Shown piece after piece: positions 27,733 through 37,264 of a stretch of 64,000 nucleotides of DNA. The number at the start of each line of letters is the position of its first letter. Positions within the stretch are counted from its first letter, which is position 1. The position numbers and the translations under genes were made by a program. Location: positions 24,898-88,897 of IMG/VR virus record IMGVR_UViG_3300028601_000027. One strand, given 5' to 3'. The notes under the pieces are model-generated. The model made no database searches and was not told where the DNA came from. It saw only the letters and a list, made by a program, of their open reading frames with translations. The DNA comes from a virus. Lineage: Duplodnaviria > Caudoviricetes.

Positions 27733-28308
27733 TCACATCACAAACCACTTAACGAAATCCTTAGCTGTAGTGCTAAGTTCTTCTAATCCATCATAATTAT
27801 GAATAACTAAATCCGCAATCTCAAATACGTTTTTAGTTTCATCGTCACTAGCATTACCATATACTTTATCATTATCATTGTCAACATAAATAATTGCTAG
27901 TTCTGGATAGCGTTCTTTTAGTTTAAGTATTTCGCTCTTTTCCCTAACATGTAGAAACAATAGATCATCCCAACCTTTATTTTCAATCACACTAGCGCAT
28001 TGCTCAAAAGGGAAGTCATTATAATCAGTAAGTAGTTGTTTAAACCCACTCAGAAACCGCCTATACTTCTCATTCTTATCATTACAATCTAGGTTAAAGA
28101 ACTTCTCTGAAACCCATCTAATATAATCTACACTAGAGAAATTAATTGTTTGTGGATAATAAGTCTTCACAAAATTAACAAATGTATCTTTGCCTGCTTG
28201 AGGACTGCCTGTAATAGCAAACACTCGTGTTTTTTTGTTTACAGTTAAAATATCTGAATCTACATCTACAATAATGTTGTAGTTTAGTACGCCTTGTTCG
28301 TTGTTCAT
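27733..28308 (-). CDS. Deoxynucleoside monophosphate kinase-like P-loop protein
   Basis: ITGSPQAGKDT, YRRFL, LHVREKSEI, IHNY. Confidence 0.7.
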   Translation of the reverse strand: MNNEQGVLNYNIIVDVDSDILTVNKKTRVFAITGSPQAGKDTFVNFVKTYYPQTINFSSVDYIRWVSEKFFNLDCNDKNEKYRRFLSGFKQLLTDYNDFPFEQCASVIENKGWDDLLFLHVREKSEILKLKERYPELAIIYVDNDNDKVYGNASDDETKNVFEIADLVIHNYDGLEELSTTAKDFVKWFVM

Positions 28309-28311
28309 AGT

Positions 28312-29250
28312 TTAATCCTCCAAATCTTTCATTAGTAAGTCACGAATAATACTACCTTGTTTGTAAATAACTTTCAAGTCTTTTTTGTCAAAATCTGATT
28401 CGTCAAATTCCTCTTCAGCTAAAAACGTTTCCTTAGCATCTTCTAATACTAGTTTAATGTACTTGCCAATATCATCATAAGATTCAATCTTACCGTATTT
28501 AGAATATACGCTCTGTAAACGTTCGGGGTGGATGTACTGACAAAAAACGTCCATCCAATACTTAACATCATCACTTAGTTCTACTTTAGGTTTATTTTTC
28601 TTTTGCTTCTCCTTAAAGTTCTCATTTTTCTTTTTAATAATGAAGTGTTTCCCTTGGTTACTAGTAATGTTTCTATAGTAAGGTCTAATAACTACACCTT
28701 CACATAGATTTTCCTTATCGTAACCTTTAGGAGTAAGTTTAGAATTAAACTCAGTGTTATATTCTAATCCTTCTGACAACGAACAATTCCCTAAAATTGG
28801 AACAATAGGTACATCGTAATCCTCAAAGACCGAATAGGTTATTTCTGGCGGTCTAAATTCTACTATTCCGTTTTCCACTACAGCTAAATCAAAAAATGCT
28901 AGGTTTTTCTCATTGCCATAATATACACCTGACTGAACATTACCACCATATAATTCACCAAATAGAATTACATCTATCTTGTGTCTCATTGAGTAACCAA
29001 CTAGTTCAGTATGCTCATTCTCAAAGTGCTTAAATGTTGCTTCAGCATTATAGAAATTAGCGCCAGTGATTTTATTGTTCCTACTATACCAATCTACACT
29101 ACCATTTTTATTAAACCTAATACTTACATTTGCCCCATGAAGTTTCTCAGTTACAACGAAAGTTTCTTCATCGCTAACACAAAACCTATCCAATTCTTTC
29201 TCACGATAATGATTAATCAAACTCGGATACTTTACCATACTCATACACAA
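28312..29250 (-). CDS. rnlB: RNA ligase, Rnl2 family
   Basis: YPSL, TEKLHGAN, FGELYG, FFDL, EGVVIRP, IIKKKNENFKE. Confidence 0.9.
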   Translation of the reverse strand: MCMSMVKYPSLINHYREKELDRFCVSDEETFVVTEKLHGANVSIRFNKNGSVDWYSRNNKITGANFYNAEATFKHFENEHTELVGYSMRHKIDVILFGELYGGNVQSGVYYGNEKNLAFFDLAVVENGIVEFRPPEITYSVFEDYDVPIVPILGNCSLSEGLEYNTEFNSKLTPKGYDKENLCEGVVIRPYYRNITSNQGKHFIIKKKNENFKEKQKKNKPKVELSDDVKYWMDVFCQYIHPERLQSVYSKYGKIESYDDIGKYIKLVLEDAKETFLAEEEFDESDFDKKDLKVIYKQGSIIRDLLMKDLED

Positions 29251-29257
29251 TTCTCCT

Positions 29258-29624
29258 GTGAACTACACACTACCCTAAAGGGTAGGTGTTTCTTGGGTAA
29301 TTAATGCTTTTAATAGCCACTAAAATTTACCAAGCTAACTGGGTCATCCCAACCCTTTTTATGTTTATACTTGCATTATAATCTCTGTCTATTTCTAAAC
29401 TACATTGCTCACAACTATATACTCTCTCTGCTAATAACTGATTATACATAAACCTTGCTGAACCTATTGTCTTATTAATTAGTATTTCTTGTTCCTTATT
29501 TGGATATAACCTAAACTTATATGCTTTATTTAACTTAATCATATACTATCTCACCACCTTTCTTTATATTTTGTATTTCGCAATTCATCCACTACCCTAA
29601 AGGGTTAGTGGTTTTATTGTGAAG
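29258..29624 (-). mobile_element. Internally deleted IS200/IS605-family element (non-autonomous tnpB remnant)
   Basis: Near-identical subterminal hairpins cactaccctaaagggtaggtg (29268-29289) and cactaccctaaagggttagtg (29590-29610); right end ...GTAGTTCAC; TTTAAT before left end. Confidence 0.85.
29327..29542 (-). pseudogene. tnpB: TnpB remnant: N-terminal HTH fused in frame to C-terminal Zn-ribbon end; RuvC deleted
   Basis: [13 protein letters not shown]...[12 protein letters not shown] joined to [20 protein letters not shown]. Confidence 0.85.
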
Positions 29625-29633
29625 ATTAAATAT

Positions 29634-29686
29634 AAAAAGCCCCTACAAGTAATAAAGATTATACTACTTATAGGGGCTATTGTCAA
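29634..29686 (-). terminator. Terminator whose stem-loop contains a consensus promoter
   Basis: Stem agccccta/taggggct (29638-29678); TTGACA 29681-29686, 17 bp, TATAAT 29658-29663. Confidence 0.75.
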
Positions 29687-29865
29687 GCAATTTGTTTTGT
29701 GATTAGAGTAAAACTTCCAATCCTTCCTTAGTTATTACCTTGTTCTCATTTTGTACTTCAAACTCAGTCTTACAGATTTCACACTTTTTCTTATTACTCG
29801 AATGTGTAATGTTCTCAATCTGTTGACTACCACAATTAGGACATGTAAGCATAACGTGTACTCCT

Positions 29866-30243
29866 TTACTTCTTAACTCCAATTTTGTACTTATGCACTA
29901 TTTCATATTTCTCTTTATCTTCGTGAGTAAGTACGTTTAGATATGGGGATTCTTTATCTTGCACTAAGTTAGTCTCATCAATAATCTCTACTAGCCCCCA
30001 TTTCTCCATCAGTTTTGCAATAGCAGTTTGCCTAAGATCATCCGTTTCATCAAAGTTGCTAGGTTTACCATCCAACTCAAACAGTTTCTTGAAATGGATA
30101 ATGTAGTATTCGCCACGCTTATGAAGCAAATAACAACTAGGATAAAACGTATTAGTCTTAGTGTTAACAAAACCAACACGCTCTAGTGTTTCTCGTACCA
30201 CATTAAAATGGGTACATAGTTCCACCTTGATTCCACCTACCAT
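29866..30243 (-). CDS. regA: Translational repressor RegA
   Basis: VRETLERVG, LYPSC-like FYPSCYLLHKRGEYYIIHFKKLFELDG, IAKLMEKWGL. Confidence 0.9.
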   Translation of the reverse strand: MVGGIKVELCTHFNVVRETLERVGFVNTKTNTFYPSCYLLHKRGEYYIIHFKKLFELDGKPSNFDETDDLRQTAIAKLMEKWGLVEIIDETNLVQDKESPYLNVLTHEDKEKYEIVHKYKIGVKK

Positions 30244-30295
30244 AATCTTTCTCCTTTAATTCAAAATAAGTTTAATTACAATTCACAAGTATTTA

Positions 30296-30784
30296 TCATT
30301 TACCATAGTCATAGGTTTTGCTAATGTTTTTAACTTGTTCCTTAGTTAGTAACTCAGCAATAATAGTAGCTTCATCTATTGACACATTATAATAATGAGA
30401 AAGCAACTTAATATCATCTAGGTTTTCGTTTTTCTTTTTAGGATACTTGAAGAACCTAAATTTCTTTTCTATGATGTTATGCCAAAATAGATAATGAGTT
30501 TTATCATCTACGTTTAAGTTGTTAGCTACTTCTGCTAAGTATATCAAGTCTGGCGCACAAGCTAAAATCCTATTTAGCATATATTGATTATACTGACCCC
30601 TAAATTCAGGGTCAGTATCAAATCTAGAACTATGGTCAGTTTTATCCTTGCTAATAATGTTAGCTATATCAAACACAGTCATCATAGAGTATATCCCATC
30701 ATGTAATAGATAGTGTAACCGAAAATAAATATAAACCAGTATATGAGATATATGAGTTGGACTAGATAACCTGTCTTCCAACAA
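30296..30784 (-). CDS. Clamp-loader small subunit, gp62-like (real start likely MMTVFD, about 30688)
   Basis: YNQYMLNR, AEVAN, KKFRFFKYPKK, HYYNVS. Confidence 0.8.
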   Translation of the reverse strand: MLEDRLSSPTHISHILVYIYFRLHYLLHDGIYSMMTVFDIANIISKDKTDHSSRFDTDPEFRGQYNQYMLNRILACAPDLIYLAEVANNLNVDDKTHYLFWHNIIEKKFRFFKYPKKKNENLDDIKLLSHYYNVSIDEATIIAELLTKEQVKNISKTYDYGK

Positions 30785-31044
30785 GCTAAGGCACTAACTA
30801 TAGTTAATGTCAAGTTTCCAGCTTTAGCATATTTAATTGCACTCATTCCAGCTAACGCTTTTATCACACCAATTGATATGACAGATAATATTATAGCTAT
30901 AATAGTGACTTTGTGTATAACAGTGGCATCACCATAAATATACCAGCTAGACCAAACATCGTAAGCTGTACGCTCAAAGATACCATTAAACGTAGTGTTA
31001 AAAATCTCATATTGTTCTACATGCAAAAAATCTAAATTCATCAT
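30682..31044 (-). CDS. Membrane protein
   Basis: Several hydrophobic segments. Confidence 0.6.
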   Translation of the reverse strand: MMNLDFLHVEQYEIFNTTFNGIFERTAYDVWSSWYIYGDATVIHKVTIIAIILSVISIGVIKALAGMSAIKYAKAGNLTLTIVSALACWKTGYLVQLIYLIYWFIFIFGYTIYYMMGYTL

Positions 31045-31064
31045 AAACTCCTTTCGCTATTAAC

Positions 31065-31229
31065 TTACCCACTAATCATTTTATCATACACCTCTTTAAC
31101 AGCATTTCTAATTTCTTCATCAGTTACTTCGCCACCACCGTTTAGTTTCTTAGGTAATTGCTTCTCAAACCAATCTTTATACTCTTGCTCATACTCTTCA
31201 ATAGTTGGGATGTATTCTCGTTCTGTCAT
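31065..31229 (-). CDS. Small hypothetical protein (54 aa, below track cutoff)
   Basis: Manual translation MTEREYIPTIEE...MISG with GGAG RBS. Confidence 0.55.
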   Translation of the reverse strand: MTEREYIPTIEEYEQEYKDWFEKQLPKKLNGGGEVTDEEIRNAVKEVYDKMISG

Positions 31230-31242
31230 AATAATTCACTCC

Positions 31243-31968
31243 TTATTTCAGTTTCACATTATTCATTAGTTCACAACTATATGCCATTAGTGGAATTCTC
31301 TGATCCTTAATAGTGTTAGTCTTGAAGTTGTAATCTGAAGTTAATACTATTGTAGCAGATACATCTTCATTGTCAATATATTTCGGAATAGCATCATACA
31401 CTTTAGTGTAAAATACTTGTGCATCTGTAATGTTAGCACAAAACTCCCTAATCTTACCAAAGTCTCTTTCACCAATAATCTTAAAGTATGTATCTAAATC
31501 AGTATTACCCTTATCTACTACTGACGGATCAGTAAGTCTATCACTAAATTTCTGTAGTTCGTTTAGCGTTTTCCTCATATCAGGAAAATGAGAATTGATA
31601 AAATAGCTTAGGATTTTCTTATTGTATTCTACATCTTCCTTATCAAGTATACCTAGAACAATCTTAGCAAAATGTTTTTTCATTTCCACTAATTCTTTTT
31701 TGTTATAAGTAAACTCAAACGTCTGTAGTCGTGATTTTAGTGGTTCGATAATCCTATGAATGTTATTAGTTAGGAATATGAATGTTACATTTTTGGAATA
31801 TTCTTCAACAAAAGACTTGAGTGAGTCCATTGCGTGAGGACTCATCCTATCACAATTATGAGTTAAAATACCATTTTTAGTTAGAAAGTTGTGATTATTA
31901 GTAACAGTCAAATTCCTAACATTCTTAGTGCCAACACTACGAATGTGTTTTATTTTCACTCGTTTCAT
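31243..31968 (-). CDS. Clamp-loader large subunit gp44, C-terminal half, led by a 38-aa C-intein
   Basis: MKRVKIKHI...NHNFLTKNGILTHN|CDRMS...FIFLTNN..IIEPLKSR..FPDMRKTLNELQ. Confidence 0.9.
   Translation of the reverse strand: MKRVKIKHIRSVGTKNVRNLTVTNNHNFLTKNGILTHNCDRMSPHAMDSLKSFVEEYSKNVTFIFLTNNIHRIIEPLKSRLQTFEFTYNKKELVEMKKHFAKIVLGILDKEDVEYNKKILSYFINSHFPDMRKTLNELQKFSDRLTDPSVVDKGNTDLDTYFKIIGERDFGKIREFCANITDAQVFYTKVYDAIPKYIDNEDVSATIVLTSDYNFKTNTIKDQRIPLMAYSCELMNNVKLK
31855..31968 (-). mobile_element. Split intein C-fragment (IntC, 38 aa)
   Basis: Block F/G: VRNLTV..NHNF...THN followed by Cys+1. Confidence 0.9.
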
Positions 31969-33181
31969 TTTTACTATTCTCCTTCATAAAATTAGCCACA
32001 CTGTTCACCAGTTTAGGACAAGCATTAACTAGTTCATTGTTAACATAAAAATCCAAATCGTCAAGAAAATAATCCTCAGTTACAACTTCAAACCTATAAT
32101 CGTTTTCTCTACACCAATCAACCAAGCTACTTGTTTTATCCTTTACGTTTTGGTTATCAAGGTTTGATTTGGGTTTCACTTCATACACGACATTGTTTAA
32201 GTTATCTACAAAATCTACCAGATATACTCTTCTTTTCTCTAACTGTGAATCATAATAAGGAATTCTAAGACATTCATATTCTAGTTCTTGATTTTTTATC
32301 CAGAATAAGGCTTCCCATGTAGACCTAAACTTATACTCTGTTCCATCAACCGTAACTTTTGTTCTAGAGTTTGCCCATGAATTAGTCACACACGGAGTAA
32401 ATTCGTTGTTCATTATCTTTCTTTTCATCGTTTCACTTTGTTTCTTATTTGATTCTTCAGAAAAATAACACTCTGAATGAGTAGACTTGTGTTCATAATA
32501 ATGTTCGTGACAACAAAACCTTTTTTCTGTTCCATTTATTTCTAGATTGAATTTAATCTTAAATGGTTTATCACATAACTTACAACGAATTAAATAATCG
32601 GGTAAATGTTTTTCAAAGTATTCCCACTCGTCAAATCCACATTTACGTAAATGGTTTTTAAGTGCGTTACCTTTACCACCATTTATGTAAATCGTCTTAT
32701 TAGTTTCAGGACAAACAAACACTTTAGAATCTGGTTTAGCTATCCCTTCACTTTTAGACTTATGTTCTAAATATTCATTATACTCTTCTATATTGTTGTA
32801 TTTTTTATGTCTTCCATTACAACTAGCGGAACAAAACCTAGCATTATCTCTTTGTTTTGGTTTGAAGGGTTTACCGCAAAAAACACAATCTCTGTATTCA
32901 AACCTATCACTCACCTTTACGTAGTTTTTATACATTTCTGTGCTTCTTTTTGTAGCCGCATCAGAATAGTTTTTGTTTACACATTCAGAAGAATCACAAT
33001 AAGGTTTGTATCCTTTGCTTATAGACAAAAATCTAGTAGGTTTGCCACAAAATTTACAAACACCTTTCCCATGTTCTAATTCATACACATGTTCTGTAGA
33101 ACACTTATGAATCCTCAATATGTGGTTTACCAGTCCTCTATTGTTATTGAATTTCTTTTTACACAAAAAACAAGTTACCAA
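31937..33181 (-). CDS. Free-standing putative homing endonuclease (multiple Zn fingers + PD-(D/E)xK, TnsA-like)
   Basis: C2H2/CxxC repeats; FRSTWEA...YLVDF...VYEVKPK; TTG start directly after the upstream TAA, with AAGGAGG RBS. Confidence 0.8.
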   Translation of the reverse strand: MVTCFLCKKKFNNNRGLVNHILRIHKCSTEHVYELEHGKGVCKFCGKPTRFLSISKGYKPYCDSSECVNKNYSDAATKRSTEMYKNYVKVSDRFEYRDCVFCGKPFKPKQRDNARFCSASCNGRHKKYNNIEEYNEYLEHKSKSEGIAKPDSKVFVCPETNKTIYINGGKGNALKNHLRKCGFDEWEYFEKHLPDYLIRCKLCDKPFKIKFNLEINGTEKRFCCHEHYYEHKSTHSECYFSEESNKKQSETMKRKIMNNEFTPCVTNSWANSRTKVTVDGTEYKFRSTWEALFWIKNQELEYECLRIPYYDSQLEKRRVYLVDFVDNLNNVVYEVKPKSNLDNQNVKDKTSSLVDWCRENDYRFEVVTEDYFLDDLDFYVNNELVNACPKLVNSVANFMKENSKNETSENKTHS

Positions 33182-33874
33182 TTAAACCTCCTTAATGTTA
33201 TTTTCCTCAGAAGGTTTACCCGATTCCAATCTATTTTCTTCAAGTGTAACTATCTCATCTCCTTCTTGTAAATCCTTCAGTTTGACTTCTATTATTTCTC
33301 CGTTTCTGTCAACAAAAAACGGGTGATCCATGTTAGCTTTTATGGTTCTGCCATCTTCCAATTCTACCTCAAAAACTTCATCTTGTTTTTCTGAAATGAT
33401 CTCTGCTGTATCATTTTCTAATTGATTAGTATCCAAATTATAAGACAACACATCGTATTGCTTGCCTAATTCAAAATCTTTCAGTTTAGTGTATGTTGGG
33501 TTATCTATAGTGCCTGTCGCAATTATTTCATTTTCTTCTAAACACTCATCCAACAAAACCATCTTCTTACCACCATCAAAACTAACAGTAGTAACAAATT
33601 GAGTTATCTTACCCCTAAGCACATCAATACTAGTCTCAATAGAACCATTAATGTATAGAGTATCACATCCTAATGTGTCTGCTAAGATAGTAGCAATAGT
33701 AGTTTTACCAATTCCCTGTTGTCCATAGAACAACATGTTAGGGATTTTGCCAGAAGACAACATTTTATTAAAGTTATCTTGAACGGTTTTAGGTAGAACT
33801 ACATCGTTGATACTAGTAGGTCTATATTTTAAAGCCCATACATAATCATCATAGAACTTTTTGTTTAAACTCAT
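33182..33874 (-). CDS. Clamp-loader large subunit gp44, N-terminal half, ending in a 120-aa N-intein
   Basis: WALKYRP, GQQGIGKTT (Walker A), VLLDE|CLEENE...GRTIKANMDHPFF. Confidence 0.9.
   Translation of the reverse strand: MSLNKKFYDDYVWALKYRPTSINDVVLPKTVQDNFNKMLSSGKIPNMLFYGQQGIGKTTIATILADTLGCDTLYINGSIETSIDVLRGKITQFVTTVSFDGGKKMVLLDECLEENEIIATGTIDNPTYTKLKDFELGKQYDVLSYNLDTNQLENDTAEIISEKQDEVFEVELEDGRTIKANMDHPFFVDRNGEIIEVKLKDLQEGDEIVTLEENRLESGKPSEENNIKEV
33185..33544 (-). mobile_element. Split intein N-fragment (IntN, 120 aa)
   Basis: Starts with Cys right after Walker B DE; block B AxxDHPF; acidic tail. Confidence 0.9.
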
Positions 33875-33884
33875 GATTCACCTC

Positions 33885-34538
33885 TTATAGAGATTTGTTT
33901 AGTAGGATATAACAAATATCGCCCTTAACAAACTTTACATACTTAGGAAACACAAATACATCATAGTCACCCCTAATGAAATTAAATAGTGAAGTGTCTA
34001 GATTTACGTCACAGCTACCGTTTCCTTCAATCTCTACTCGATACTGATTAGCCGCTGAATTATCTTCATCAAATAATGAAATCTCAGACTTATCTTCATC
34101 TACACCAATGTTAAGTGTTTTGAGTGACATTACCTTACTAGCCTTAAGGATACCATTCATTTGTTCTTCAGGTAATTCAAAACTAGCTAGATAGTCACCA
34201 TTAGCCATATACTTTTCGTACTCATTACACTTGTTGTAAATGTGGTCTGGATTACAGAAACGATAGTTGACCTTAGTGTTACCTTGATTAATAATTACTT
34301 CATCTGAGGTAAAAGTAAAGTTTAGTTCCTTGTTAGTATCAAACATCTTGATTACCTGACAAAACTCAGTCAAATCAAAAATAGAAAAGTTAGGGAACTT
34401 CTCTTCAATTTTAGCTAGACCGATTAGGTTCTTAGCTTCACTAATGTTTTTCAGATAGCCCTCTTCATTGATACAGATCGACTTGTTGATAAGACTAAAA
34501 TTTTCTAGGATTGCTAGGGTGCGTTGGGAAATTTCCAT
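33885..34538 (-). CDS. Sliding clamp, gp45-like
   Basis: MEISQRTLAILENFSLINKSI, FSIFDLTEF; upstream of gp44. Confidence 0.9.
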   Translation of the reverse strand: MEISQRTLAILENFSLINKSICINEEGYLKNISEAKNLIGLAKIEEKFPNFSIFDLTEFCQVIKMFDTNKELNFTFTSDEVIINQGNTKVNYRFCNPDHIYNKCNEYEKYMANGDYLASFELPEEQMNGILKASKVMSLKTLNIGVDEDKSEISLFDEDNSAANQYRVEIEGNGSCDVNLDTSLFNFIRGDYDVFVFPKYVKFVKGDICYILLNKSL

Positions 34539-34551
34539 GTTGTTTCACTCC

Positions 34552-34809
34552 TTAGTTAATGTTAATTTTTACACAGTTGTCATTGTCTTTACTGCATGTC
34601 TCTAGTGGTCTAAAACAGCTAGGACATACAGCAATACCATTTTCCAATTCAATTTCTAATGCTTTTACCATTCTCACATAAATATCTCTCCTTAGTTTAA
34701 ATGATTCCTCGTTACCATAACACAAATTGTTGTCGATACAAAATTGTTCATGTTCAACACATTTCTTCCAACCAATAATAGCTTCTTCCAATTCTCTAGT
34801 AGTAGCCAT
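34552..34809 (-). CDS. Hypothetical protein
   Basis: ORF downstream of promoter 34842-34870. Confidence 0.6.
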   Translation of the reverse strand: MATTRELEEAIIGWKKCVEHEQFCIDNNLCYGNEESFKLRRDIYVRMVKALEIELENGIAVCPSCFRPLETCSKDNDNCVKININ

Positions 34810-34903
34810 CTCAAATCTCCTTTAGTCATGTTGTTTATCACATAGTACTATATATCATTAGGATTGTCAATGAAATTCTCAAAACCCAATCCCAAAAAAC
34901 CAT

Positions 34904-35004
34904 TAATAACTAAGTAGTATTATGTAGTACTAAGTTTTTCTTTTTGAAGTGTAGTTATAATTTGTAGTACTAAGTAGTATTAACTTAATAACTAAGTAGT
35001 ATTA
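34904..35004. repeat. AT-rich iteron-like repeats (ACTAAGT x4)
   Basis: Core at 34909, 34929, 34969, 34991; taataactaagtagtatta at 34904 and 34986. Confidence 0.85.
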
Positions 35005-35052
35005 AGGGCTTGTTAGAACCATTATAACCATTTTGTGATTTAGTGTCAAGAT

Positions 35053-35091
35053 AAAAAACACCCTCTAGCATTATTTTTTACTAGAGGGTGT
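35053..35091 (-). terminator. Intrinsic terminator after tail-fibre gene
   Basis: acaccctctag/ctagagggtgt stem plus U-run; promoter TTGACA-17 bp-TATAAT at 35021-35049 follows. Confidence 0.85.
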
Positions 35092-35113
35092 CATTACTGA
35101 TATGTTACTTAGT

Positions 35114-37144
35114 TTATTGTAGCTTTTGTATCAGTAGTTCTACAACGTTTTCTAATTCTGTTACTCTCTTATTTAACTCCTTGTTTCCTTCAATCAGATA
35201 ACCAACCAAACCATTGTAATTAACAGATTTAATACCATCATCATTAGTTGATACTAGGTGAGGTAATATTTGTTCTAGTTCTTGAGCAATAACACCAGCA
35301 GATTTATGATTGTTTCCAATCCAATTAAACTCTACACCTTCTAATTGGTCAATAGTAGAATTAGCATCGTCTATCCTTAGAATGTTTGTTTTGTAGTTCT
35401 CATCAGATAGAGAATTAAATTCAGTGGAGTTGAGTGTACCAGTGCTAGGATTGAAATATAATTTAGTACTAGCTGTATATGCTTCTGTCCATGCACCAGT
35501 TGTAGCTCTAGCCATTCCTAAATACTGAGTAGTATCAGTAGAGGCATCGTCAGTAAGTGTAGCACCTGAAGTGATACCTGTCAAGTTAGAACCATCGCCA
35601 TAAAAATTAGTAGCATGGAAATTACCATCGTAATTTAATCTAGTGGTATTAGTAGGATCAGTAGTACCGCCATCAAATTGACCCGCTGCCTTAGTAGTAC
35701 CATTATAGTAAACCGCACCAGTAGTAGTATCACCAGCAGTAATACTAGATAACGAAAAAGTAGTACCATTTAAACTAATACCATCACCAGCAGTGTAAGT
35801 TTCACCAGTACTAATGCCAGTTAGATTAGAACCATCACCATAAAAAGCAGTAGCATGGAAATTACCATCGTAATTTAATCTAGTAGTACTAACAGGATCA
35901 GTAGTGCCACCATATAATTTACCGCTTGACCGTAAAACTCCATTATAACTTAATGCGCCTACATCAGCATCACCAGCAGTATTGTTTATTAAGCTAAACT
36001 CAGCACCACTTAGTGTTAATCCTTCACCAGCAGTATAACTAGAACCAGCAGAATTAATAGTAATACTATCTGTAGTGTCATCAGTAGTAATAGTGATATT
36101 TGTTCCTGCTACTAACGTTAAGCTATCAGAAATGGTATCAGCTACTACATCATTTTGTCCACTAACTGATATTGTATTAAATGTATTTAATGATTGATTT
36201 TCCCATCTTTCATTAGTGCCATTGTAAACAATAAAATCTTTATCGGATAAAGTATCAAACTCTACATTACTGTCAGTATCCCCTAAAACTGAACCTGTAC
36301 TCATTCTAACATAAATCCAACCATTGTTAGTTCCACCTCTAAGAACTAATCCAATAGCGGCTTTAATAGCAGGGGCTTCAGGTTTAACATTAGTCCAACC
36401 ACCATCTACTAATGGGTTATGATACAAAATAGTTCCAACAGTCCATCCATTAGTGTCTACGTTTCTAACTATACCATGAGTTACAATTTTGCCTGTATCA
36501 GAATTAATAGGAATATCAGCAGTAGCTACACCTAACATGGTATTGGGTGGCACAGTTCCATCAGAAACAGCCTTAGCTATCTCCATTTTGTCACCCTGAA
36601 CACCAGTCATCATTACTAGAGAACCATTTTCAATCAATTCGCCACTTTTATTAATTGTGGGAGGTAAGAAAAACTCTTGTCCTACTTGTTGAACAGAACC
36701 ATCAGCATGACTAATATTTAACGTATCGTCTTCTACATTATACCACACTCTACCCTGTAGTGGTGTTACAGCATCACCTAATAAATTAAAATCAATATAG
36801 TCTAATGTTGGGGTATCACTTAAACTAATATCTAATGTTTTACTAACACCATCTGTAGTAATATCTAAGTTGTTATTGGTTGAATATCCGTTAACTTCTA
36901 TGTTTAAGGTATCGGTAGATGAAGTAGCAGTAAGAGTTAATTCACCAGTTGAATTAATATACTTGAAGCTATCGCTTATTGTTCCCTCTATCGCATCAAG
37001 AGCAGAAGTCACCCACTTTTCAGTAGTGCCATCATATTTTAAAATATACCCATCTTGTAAAGTACTATCGTCAACATCAGTCATTAATCCTAACTGAGAA
37101 GCCCCACCACCCGTTCCATATCTAGTAGAAATATAATCTATCAT
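35114..37144 (-). CDS. Tail fibre protein with C-terminal intramolecular chaperone (peptidase S74-like)
   Basis: G/T/D-rich repeats (YTAGDGISL); SLSDENYK...SAGVIAQELE...SVNYNGLVGYLIE + coiled coil. Confidence 0.85.
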   Translation of the reverse strand: MIDYISTRYGTGGGASQLGLMTDVDDSTLQDGYILKYDGTTEKWVTSALDAIEGTISDSFKYINSTGELTLTATSSTDTLNIEVNGYSTNNNLDITTDGVSKTLDISLSDTPTLDYIDFNLLGDAVTPLQGRVWYNVEDDTLNISHADGSVQQVGQEFFLPPTINKSGELIENGSLVMMTGVQGDKMEIAKAVSDGTVPPNTMLGVATADIPINSDTGKIVTHGIVRNVDTNGWTVGTILYHNPLVDGGWTNVKPEAPAIKAAIGLVLRGGTNNGWIYVRMSTGSVLGDTDSNVEFDTLSDKDFIVYNGTNERWENQSLNTFNTISVSGQNDVVADTISDSLTLVAGTNITITTDDTTDSITINSAGSSYTAGEGLTLSGAEFSLINNTAGDADVGALSYNGVLRSSGKLYGGTTDPVSTTRLNYDGNFHATAFYGDGSNLTGISTGETYTAGDGISLNGTTFSLSSITAGDTTTGAVYYNGTTKAAGQFDGGTTDPTNTTRLNYDGNFHATNFYGDGSNLTGITSGATLTDDASTDTTQYLGMARATTGAWTEAYTASTKLYFNPSTGTLNSTEFNSLSDENYKTNILRIDDANSTIDQLEGVEFNWIGNNHKSAGVIAQELEQILPHLVSTNDDGIKSVNYNGLVGYLIEGNKELNKRVTELENVVELLIQKLQ

Positions 37145-37264
37145 TGTTTTCTCCTTAATGTGTGTAGATAAACCCTTTTACTATTATTTATCTTGACTAA
37201 CAAAAAACCCCCTGATAACTAATATAGCTACCAAGGGGTTTAATGTTTGTTATAGGGTTAATGT

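Noticed and set aside
34904-35004. CRISPR mini-array
   Set aside because: Repeats are short, AT-rich and irregular, with no unique 25-40-bp spacers; no repeat-spacer array noticed anywhere in the window
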